Positions 1 through 6,806 of a stretch of 29,701 bases of DNA are shown in pieces. The position numbers and the translations under genes were made by a program. The notes below the pieces were generated by a model. The model made no database searches. It worked only from the letters and a program-made list of their open reading frames with translations, and had not been told where the DNA came from. The stretch's first letter is position 1. Each line of letters opens with the position of its first letter. Where the stretch lies: assembly GCA_019136035.1 (NCBI GenBank), contig JAGVUW010000553.1, forward strand, positions 1 through 29,701, read 5' to 3'. This DNA is from Verrucomicrobiota bacterium. Its GTDB lineage: Bacteria > Verrucomicrobiota > Lentisphaeria > Oligosphaerales > JAFGRS01.

Positions 1-5
1 GTCGG

Positions 6-209
6 GCGTTCGGCGCTGGGCGTTCCCGCTCCCGTCGTTCCCTGTCGAGCCCAGTCGGCACCTCTCGCGCCCGGCCCCCTCGGCGTTGGGCGTTGGGCGT
101 TCAGCGTTCGGCGCTGGGCGTTCCCGCTCCCGTCGTTCCCTGTCGAGCCCTGTCGGCACCTCTCGCGCCCGGCCCCCTCGGCGTCGGGCGTTCAGCGTTG
201 GGCGTTCCC
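6..209. repeat. Near-perfect tandem duplication (98-bp and 91-bp copies) with GCGTT heptamer stutters
   Basis: 6-103 recurs at 104-194 with a couple of substitutions and loss of one 7-bp (g/a)GCGTT(c/g) unit; it may continue upstream of the window. Confidence 0.85.
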
Positions 210-211
210 AT

Positions 212-279
212 CTCCCCCGCCTCCCCCGCCTCTCCTGTCTCTCGTGTCCCTTCTGTCCCGTGTGTCCCTTGTGTCCCTT
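212..279. repeat. 9-bp periodic stutter repeats downstream of the minus-strand gene
   Basis: CTCCCCCGC x2 (212-229), then GTGTCCCTT/CTGTCCCGT/GTGTCCCTT/GTGTCCCTT at 244, 253, 262, 271. Confidence 0.8.
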
Positions 280-307
280 CCTGCACTCCCCCGCCTCTCC
301 CGCGGTA

Positions 308-2056
308 TCACTCGTCCTTCTTGCTGAAGTACCCCTGGTCGACCAGCCACTGGCCGCAGGTCGGCCAGGCGGTCTCCAGGTCGACCTCGCCTGCCGGCAG
401 GGGGAACTCGGCGCCGATCAGGCGTCGGAGTTCCATGAGCAGCCCCAGTCGGACCTCGTCCGGCAGCTCGTCGCGGGTGCGCATCTGTGCCGTGCAGTAG
501 CGTATGGCCGCCGCCGGCGGCAGGCCGGCACCGGCGAGGGCCCAGCGCCAGGTGGCGACCCAGTCGCGCGGCAGACGCACCGGCGGCGCCTGCACCGGGA
601 AGGCCGCGCCGGCGCTGCGGGCGAGGGCCGCCACGAGGTCGGCCTGGAAGGCCTCCGCGTCGCGCGGCACATCCAGGACCAGCCAGCGCAGGGCCGTCGT
701 CAGGCCGTCGTTGTCGAGACGCCCGGCCTGACGCAGCCAGAGCGACGCCGCCAGCCACTGCCCGAGGATGTCGCCCTCGCGATCGTAGGCTGGGAAGCCG
801 GCACTGCCGGCCGCCTGGGCCAGGCAGGCCAGAACGGCCTTCTTGAGGTTGTTGTGGACCGGCCCGCGCCCCCACAGGGGCTGCAGGGTCTCCAGAGCGC
901 GCTCCGGCGACGACGGCCGCCAGGCCAGCAGGCCGAACGACAGGAGCTTCTCCTGATTCAGGGCCACCAGGGCCGCGGCGGTCGGGTCGGTGATCGACGT
1001 CCCGACATTGGCGAGGTGCCGGAAGGCATACTCGAGCATGCCGCGGCCGTGGTACCGCGTCTCGGCGCCCCTCGTCGCCTCCCAGGGCATGGCACGGTCG
1101 CAGGCCGCGTCCTCTGCCAGACGCACCAGCAGGGCCGTCACTTCCGGGCTGCGCAGGGCCTGGCTGTGCCACGCCAGGAAGGCCAGGTCGCCGAAGTCGA
1201 CCGGGTCGGCCAGGCGGCGCCGGATGTAGGCCTCGGCGCGGGGGCTGCCGGTGTTGCACAGGGTGACGATCGCCCAGATGCGGCTCTCTCGCACCGCCTC
1301 CTTGCCGGGCTCGTCGCGGTCGGCCATGGCGATGAGCGGATCGACGGCGACATCGCCCAGCGCGGCCAGTTGTGAGGAGACGCCGATGCCGCCGTAGGCG
1401 CCCTCCCCCATCTTCGCCAGCCAGCGCCGCATCTTCGCCTCGCGTTCGTCTGCCGCCATGCGCTCGCCGGGCTTCGGACGCAGCAGGATCGGCCAGGCGT
1501 CCGAGGCCAGGGCCAGGTCGGGCCGGCGACCCGCCGGCGCCGAGTACAGGATCGCCCGCAGGACGTAGATCTGCGGCACCAGGGCGGCACTCGCCACCGG
1601 AGACGCCTCCGGGGCTACCTTCGGCAGGCCATTCTCGAAGGCCTCGAAACGGCTGAACTTCAGGATGTCGAAGCTGACGCGGCAGAGCACGGCCACCCCC
1701 GCCGGCGGCGCCTTGCCGGGCTTCAGGAGGTCGGCCTCGACCGCCTCGAGGAGGTTTTGCGACACCATCATCAGGGAGCCCTTCGGGTCCGTCAGCACCA
1801 CGATGAGGCCGCTCTGCCGCTCCGCCTCATCGGCCGGCAGCACCGGGGTCGTGCCGCCCTGGCGCAGCTCGATGAGGACCTCCTGGCCGGAGTCCTGCTC
1901 GAAGTCAGCCGCGGCGGTGCTCAGGCGCAGCGCCAGCGACCGGAAGTCCTTGCCGAAGACGGGGTCCTTGCGGACCACCGCGTCGTCGTAGTCGATCCAG
2001 GCGCGGCCGACACTGCCCAGCACCAGGACGAGCGCCACCAGCAGACGGTGTGTCAT
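308..2056 (-). CDS. Secreted hypothetical protein (~582 aa), helical-repeat-like C-terminal part
   Basis: Within ORF 308..2128. The ATG at 2056 has a GGAGGT RBS (complement of acctcc 2061-2066) and a signal-peptide-like start MTHRLLVALVLVLGSVGRA. The longer start runs into a repeat element. Confidence 0.75.
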   Translation of the reverse strand: MTHRLLVALVLVLGSVGRAWIDYDDAVVRKDPVFGKDFRSLALRLSTAAADFEQDSGQEVLIELRQGGTTPVLPADEAERQSGLIVVLTDPKGSLMMVSQNLLEAVEADLLKPGKAPPAGVAVLCRVSFDILKFSRFEAFENGLPKVAPEASPVASAALVPQIYVLRAILYSAPAGRRPDLALASDAWPILLRPKPGERMAADEREAKMRRWLAKMGEGAYGGIGVSSQLAALGDVAVDPLIAMADRDEPGKEAVRESRIWAIVTLCNTGSPRAEAYIRRRLADPVDFGDLAFLAWHSQALRSPEVTALLVRLAEDAACDRAMPWEATRGAETRYHGRGMLEYAFRHLANVGTSITDPTAAALVALNQEKLLSFGLLAWRPSSPERALETLQPLWGRGPVHNNLKKAVLACLAQAAGSAGFPAYDREGDILGQWLAASLWLRQAGRLDNDGLTTALRWLVLDVPRDAEAFQADLVAALARSAGAAFPVQAPPVRLPRDWVATWRWALAGAGLPPAAAIRYCTAQMRTRDELPDEVRLGLLMELRRLIGAEFPLPAGEVDLETAWPTCGQWLVDQGYFSKKDE

Positions 2057-2102
2057 GACGACCTCCAGGGGGCACCGAAGCCGGATCGGTCCGGGTCCCA
2101 GT

Positions 2103-2241
2103 GCTGTGTAAAAGTCCGGTTCTGGCACCCCTGCAGGGTGCGGGGTTCGTGGGTTCGCGTTTCCGGGGGGGGCGTGCTCTCGCGCGACCCCCGGCTACGA
2201 TCTGGCACCTTTTCGGGGTGGCCGGGTGAGCGCTGACGCGA
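2103..2241 (+). repeat. REPIN/BIME-like three-hairpin intergenic element, copy A
   Basis: GTCCGGTTCTGGCACCC..AGGGTGC..CCGGGGG..CGACCCCCGGCT(A/G)CGATCTGGCACC; homologous to 17425-17530 (-) and 19842-20056 (+). Confidence 0.85.
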
Positions 2242-2451
2242 TCGCCGATCAGCCCTGTCCCGGGACGCCGCCGACTTGGCACCGGGCCATTACGGCACCA
2301 CAGTAGCCAGCCGTGGCCGGTTTCGCCAATCGTGGCGCCGTAAGCCCCGAGCCGCGCTCGAGGTGCGGTCAGGGCGGTCCGTGCGGTGTGTGACCGCCGG
2401 GCCGGGCGGCGTCACCGGGCGAACCGGCGCAGCGAGGACCCGCCAGGAGCT

Positions 2452-3780
2452 ATGGACACCGTTCGACGTTTTCTGGGGAAGGCTGTGGCCTGCCAGGCCT
2501 GCGGCCGCGAGCATCGCGTGGGCGTCCGCGAGGCGCTCCTGATCGACGACGCCTGCGCGCGTCTGCCGGCCGTCACGGCCGCCCTTGGGCTGCCGCGCGG
2601 CGCCGTGGTTATCGCGGACGCGCGCACCCGCGCCGCTGCCGGCGCGGCCGTGGTGGAGGCCTTTCGCCAGCGCGACGGCAGCGTCACGGAGATCGTCCTG
2701 CCCGACCCGCCGGGCGGGGGCGGACCGGTCTGCGATGACCACACCCGCCGCGCTCTCGACCGCATCGTGCCCGCCGAGGGCCTCCTTGTCGCGGTCGGCT
2801 CCGGGGTCGTCAACGACCTGGTCAAGTGGATCGCCGTCGATGCCGGCCGGCCGTACGTCGTCGTGCCGACCGCTGCCAGCATGAATGGCTACACCTCCGC
2901 GAACATCGCGCCGACGCTCAAGGGCGTGAAGAGCCTCCTGGAGGGCCGCGAACCGGTGGCCGTGGTCACCTCGACGGCCATCCTGCGGTCGGCGCCCGCC
3001 GCCCTCACCGCCGCCGGCCTGGGCGATGTCATGGCCAAACCGGTGAGCAGCGCCGACTGGAGGCTGAATCACCTCCTCTTCGACGAGTTCTACTGCCCAT
3101 TCTGTGCCGACCTCATTCGCGAGATCGAGCCGATCTACATGCAGGCGCCCGAGGCCATCGCCCAGGGCCGTCCGGAGGGCCTCGAGGCCCTCTACGAGGC
3201 CATCCTCCTGACCGGCTTCAGCATGACCATGGCCGGGACCTCATCGCCGGCTTCCGGGGGCGAACACCTCATCAGCCATACCCTCGACATGATGGCTTCC
3301 CGCGATGGACTGCAGCATGACCTCCATGGACGACAGGTCGGCCTCGGGACCCTCTTCTGCGCCGCCCTCTACCAGGAGGTGTTCCGAGCCCACCCGGGAC
3401 GCTTCCGCCCTGGCCTGACCCGCACCGAGCCCGCCTTCTGGAAGGGCTTCGCCGACGCCGTCGAGGCCCAGCACATCGGCAAGCGCCGGCGGCAGACACA
3501 GGCCGCCGAGCGGCTCAACCGCGAGAGCGGCCTCTGGGATCGGCTGGCGCGCGAGGCGGCCGAGCTGTGCTGCTCGCCGGAGACGGTCCGGCGCGTCCTG
3601 ATCCAGGGCGGCGCTGCCTATCGGCTCCGGGATATCGGGGTCAGCCGCGAGCGCTTCATCGAGGCGGTCAATCACGCGCACGAGCTGCGCGAGCGCTATA
3701 CCATCCTGGAGCTTGCCCGCAGCGCCGGTGTGCTCCCGGAGCGGACCCCGGAGCTGGTCGAGGCATGGCTGTGCGGCTGA
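2452..3780 (+). CDS. egsA: sn-glycerol-1-phosphate dehydrogenase family (EgsA/AraM type)
   Basis: AVGSGVVNDLVK, PTAASMNGYTS, GLGD and SGGEHLISH motifs plus HG-QVG; ATG 2452 follows an AGGAG RBS; N-terminal CQACGREH. Confidence 0.85.
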   Translation: MDTVRRFLGKAVACQACGREHRVGVREALLIDDACARLPAVTAALGLPRGAVVIADARTRAAAGAAVVEAFRQRDGSVTEIVLPDPPGGGGPVCDDHTRRALDRIVPAEGLLVAVGSGVVNDLVKWIAVDAGRPYVVVPTAASMNGYTSANIAPTLKGVKSLLEGREPVAVVTSTAILRSAPAALTAAGLGDVMAKPVSSADWRLNHLLFDEFYCPFCADLIREIEPIYMQAPEAIAQGRPEGLEALYEAILLTGFSMTMAGTSSPASGGEHLISHTLDMMASRDGLQHDLHGRQVGLGTLFCAALYQEVFRAHPGRFRPGLTRTEPAFWKGFADAVEAQHIGKRRRQTQAAERLNRESGLWDRLAREAAELCCSPETVRRVLIQGGAAYRLRDIGVSRERFIEAVNHAHELRERYTILELARSAGVLPERTPELVEAWLCG

Positions 3781-3846
3781 GCGGCGTGGGCGCGAGTCAC
3801 GCGCGGCCTTACCCGCGCCAGCCCTGAGTATGGGAGTGCAGTAGCG

Positions 3847-4719
3847 ATGAAGGGCATCCTCCTTGCCGGCGGCTCCGGCACCCGCCTCTATCCCCTCACC
3901 CGCGTCGCCAGCAAGCAGCTCCAGCCGGTCTACGACAAGCCGATGGTGTACTACCCGCTGTCGACCCTAATGCTGGCCGGTGTGCGCGAGATCCTCATCA
4001 TCACGACCCCCGAGGACCAGTCGCGCTTCCAGGACCTCCTCGGCGATGGCCATGCCTGGGGCCTGGACCTGCACTACGTCGTCCAGCCGCGCCCCGAGGG
4101 CATCGCCCAGGCGTTCATCCTTGCTGAGAGTTTCATTGGCGCCGAGGGCGTTGCCCTCATCCTCGGGGATAACCTCTTCTACGGCCGGATCGGCCTCGAT
4201 CAGATCGTCAGCGGCTTCCGCGGCGGCGCGCAGATCTTCGGCTACCCGGTGCGCGACCCGGAATGCTATGGGGTCATCGAGTTCGACTGCGATGGCAAGG
4301 CCATCAGTCTCGAGGAGAAGCCGGCCCGGCCGCGCAGCCAGTACGCCGTGCCCGGGCTTTACCTCTATGGGCCTGATGTCGTCGAACGCGCCCGACGCCT
4401 CAAACCCTCGCCGCGCGGGGAACTGGAGATCACCGACCTCAACCGCGGCTACCTCGCCGAGGGACGCCTGACCGCCACCCGCCTCGGCCGCGGCATCGCC
4501 TGGCTGGATACCGGCACCCCAGCCGCCCTCCTCGAGGCAAGCCTCTTCATCCACGCTATCGAGACGCGCCAGGGCTTCAAGATCTCCTGCCCCGAGGAGA
4601 TCGCCTACCGCCGCGGTTTCATCGACCGTGATGGCTTCAGGGAACTGGCCGCTGCAGCCCCGAAGTCGGACTACGGCGACTACCTCCGCCGGCTGGCCGA
4701 CGAAGCGATGGCCCTCTGA
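3847..4719 (+). CDS. rfbA: Glucose-1-phosphate thymidylyltransferase (RmlA)
   Basis: MKGILLAGGSGTRLYPLT, SKQLQPVYDKPMVYYPLS, LEEKP, RGELEITD, WLDTGT. Confidence 0.97.
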   Translation: MKGILLAGGSGTRLYPLTRVASKQLQPVYDKPMVYYPLSTLMLAGVREILIITTPEDQSRFQDLLGDGHAWGLDLHYVVQPRPEGIAQAFILAESFIGAEGVALILGDNLFYGRIGLDQIVSGFRGGAQIFGYPVRDPECYGVIEFDCDGKAISLEEKPARPRSQYAVPGLYLYGPDVVERARRLKPSPRGELEITDLNRGYLAEGRLTATRLGRGIAWLDTGTPAALLEASLFIHAIETRQGFKISCPEEIAYRRGFIDRDGFRELAAAAPKSDYGDYLRRLADEAMAL

Positions 4720-4864
4720 GACGCGCCCTGAAGGCACACGGCACACTCCCGGCCAAGGCCGGTACTCGGCGATGACTCGCCGTGCCCTATCCGGCGTTCT
4801 GCGCCGGTGAAGCGGCTATCGCCGTACCCAACCGCGGTGGTGCCTACGAGGCCGAGGCGAGGCG

Positions 4865-4905
4865 TCAACGTTGTCGGCGCCTGGTTGTCCGTGTTCAACG
4901 TTGTC
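4865..4905. repeat. Pair of 11-bp direct repeats with palindromic core
   Basis: TCAACGTTGTC at 4865-4875 and 4895-4905 (30-bp period; core CAACGTTG is self-complementary); GTTGTCC half-site at 4884. Confidence 0.6.
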
Positions 4906-5020
4906 CACCGTTAGGGGGCCAGCCTGGACCCCTGTTTCGCCCCCCGCGCCCTAGGCTGTTCGCGGTCCTGCCCCCGCCTCCCTCCGGCCTCGCCCGCCCG
5001 CCCTCACAGCAGCCCCTGAG

Positions 5021-5086
5021 GTTATTAACGTATAGTGCAGTGGACTCAAGTATACCGCAATGAAGTATAGTGCAGTATCATAAAGA
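5021..5086. repeat. AT-rich island with iteron-like repeats; candidate tubC centromere/operator
   Basis: GTATAGTGCAGT at 5030-5041 and 5065-5076, related GTATACCGCAAT at 5050-5061; a further GTATAGTG at 5239-5246. Confidence 0.6.
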
Positions 5087-5217
5087 ATCGCCAGGCGGCC
5101 GCAAGCCGCGGCGGGAGCAGGGGATAGAGGCGGTGGGACTGGGGCCGAGGGCAGGGCGCCGGGGAGGGTCAGGGGGCAGGGGAGGGGGGCGGCAGGGCCC
5201 CCGGCCAAGGGCGGCGG

Positions 5218-5245
5218 TTGACCTTGAATCAAACTATAGTATAGT
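5218..5245 (+). promoter_or_regulatory. sigma70-type promoter for the tubR/tubZ-like operon
   Basis: TTGACC (5218-5223) - 16 bp - TATAGT (5240-5245), 38 bp upstream of ATG 5284. Confidence 0.7.
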
Positions 5246-5283
5246 GACTTTCAGAACCCCTGGGCTGGAGATTCAGGACGGCC

Positions 5284-5610
5284 ATGAAGGACCTGTTCGA
5301 AGAACAAGTCGAGAACCTCTCCGAGGCCCACTTTCTGGTCCTGTACTGGGCCGCCCAGGGCGAGGGTCGTCAAGCGAAGTACAACATCACCAACTGCTTT
5401 GATGACCTTAAGCACTGCGGCATTACGCGGACCAAGCAGACGGCCGTGGCCGCGGTCGAGGCGCTCAGTGCCCTGCGCTTTGTGACCCTGCGTGGCGAGG
5501 GCAACCGTCGCAACCTGTACATCTCCCGCCACGGCGCCCGCGCCCTCGAGGCATTGGTGCTGCGCCAGAAGTTCACTCCCAGATCATCGGCTTACCTGGA
5601 GGGCCTGTGA
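5284..5610 (+). CDS. Small winged-helix DNA-binding protein, TubR-like (108 aa)
   Basis: Helix TKQTAVAAVEALSALRFV, wing TLRGEGNRRNLYIS, then helix RHGARALEAL; size and position directly upstream of a tubulin-family gene. Confidence 0.7.
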   Translation: MKDLFEEQVENLSEAHFLVLYWAAQGEGRQAKYNITNCFDDLKHCGITRTKQTAVAAVEALSALRFVTLRGEGNRRNLYISRHGARALEALVLRQKFTPRSSAYLEGL

Positions 5611-5611
5611 C

Positions 5612-6709
5612 ATGGTTATCGGCATTGGTGGAGCAGGCAGCAAGGTCGCGGCGAAGCTCGACGCGCAGGCAACTCTGATCAACGTCTCCGAGACCGAGCT
5701 GGAGAAGATACCCCAGGCCGGCCGCCGGATTCTGGCGGTGGTGCATGCCGAGCACGGTCGTTTCCGCGGTTCCCGGAAGAACCCGAGCATTGGGCATGAC
5801 GCCTACCTCTCGGTGCGCCGTGAGCTCCAGGAGCTGGCGCGCGGCGGCATGGTCTTCAGCAGCACCGGCGGCGGCACCGGCAACGGCATCACCACCGGTC
5901 TCCTCCAGGACCTCGCGGCGCGCGAGACCATCCCGGAGTCTGAGAAGACGTCCTTCGGGCTGGTGTTGCCCTATGCCCCGCTCGAGCCGGCCGAATTTGT
6001 GCGCAACACCATCGACTTCCTGCGTGGGCCGCTCTCGGAGGCCATCGACAGCGGCAACACCGGCAACATCTTCCTCTTCAGCAACCGCGTGAAGTTCGAG
6101 TCGAGGCTCTCCGAGGAGGCCTTCAACATCAAGATGGTCGAGTCGCTCAAGGTCTTTCTGGCGATCCCCGACAAGAACGACACCCTGCGCCTGCTGGACG
6201 GTCACATCGACCCGGAGGACTTCAGCCTCTTCATGGCGCGGCCGTACTTCAACCACTTCACCTACTTCGACTACGACCCGGGCACGCCTTTCGGCAAGCA
6301 GCTCGAGGCCAACACGAACGCGCTGTTGCTGCCGCCCGAGACCCCGATCGAGGCGCTCTTCCTGATCGAGGTGCCCGCCGGCGGCGACCCGACGGTGTTC
6401 TACGACGTCCTGCAGCACTTCAACGACCTGAATGTGGCCCCGATCTACAGCGTCGTCGAGAATCCCGAGCTCAAGCAGCCCTTCATCACCGTCGGCCTGC
6501 TCTACTCGCGCAAGCCCGCCGAGCTCCTGGACGACTTCAACAAGCGCAACGAGCAGCACGCCCAGGTGAAGGTGCGCAAGTCCCTCGAGCAGTACGTGGA
6601 TCTGCCGCGCCTTGATGTCAGCCTCGAGAAGGAGGCCAAGCGTGCCGCCAAGCAGCGCGGCAGCGACGAGGATATCCTGCAGGTGCTCAAGCGCCTCGGC
6701 AAGCTCTGA
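5612..6709 (+). CDS. Divergent tubulin/FtsZ-superfamily GTPase, TubZ-like (365 aa)
   Basis: T1 GIGGAGSK, T2 INVSETEL, T3 GSRKNPSIG, T4 signature GGGTGNG (5867-5887), T5 LP..E, T6 FSN, T7-like GHIDPEDF (6200-6223). ATG 5612 lies 1 nt after the tubR-like stop, with GGAGG RBS at 5598. Superfamily is secure; the TubZ subfamily is inferred. Confidence 0.88.
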   Translation: MVIGIGGAGSKVAAKLDAQATLINVSETELEKIPQAGRRILAVVHAEHGRFRGSRKNPSIGHDAYLSVRRELQELARGGMVFSSTGGGTGNGITTGLLQDLAARETIPESEKTSFGLVLPYAPLEPAEFVRNTIDFLRGPLSEAIDSGNTGNIFLFSNRVKFESRLSEEAFNIKMVESLKVFLAIPDKNDTLRLLDGHIDPEDFSLFMARPYFNHFTYFDYDPGTPFGKQLEANTNALLLPPETPIEALFLIEVPAGGDPTVFYDVLQHFNDLNVAPIYSVVENPELKQPFITVGLLYSRKPAELLDDFNKRNEQHAQVKVRKSLEQYVDLPRLDVSLEKEAKRAAKQRGSDEDILQVLKRLGKL

Positions 6710-6806
6710 GAGGCGCGTCGGCGCCGTCCGCCGCCGGGCGCGGCACCGCCGCGGGCGGCGCCTGAGAACAGGCGCCACCAGGACCGTCGGGAAGGGAGAG
6801 GCAGGC

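Noticed and set aside
1-300. CRISPR array
   Set aside because: The units are contiguous duplications with no unique spacers and no cas genes; the identical tRNA pair is not an array either.
4884-5090. oriC call from DnaA boxes
   Set aside because: The best match TTGTCCACC (4901) has 2 mismatches to TTATCCACA, there is no box cluster, and no dnaA/dnaN nearby; kept only as a skew-based idea.
5492-5611. Longer 405-aa start for the tubulin homologue
   Set aside because: It overlaps the TubR-like gene; ATG 5612 has a GGAGG RBS and begins right at the T1 motif.
5612-6709. Calling the gene ftsZ or btubA/B
   Set aside because: It lacks the FtsZ GGGGxNAV/NTD pattern, conserved C-terminal peptide and dcw context; it lacks the eukaryote-like tubulin motifs and the paired genes of BtubAB.
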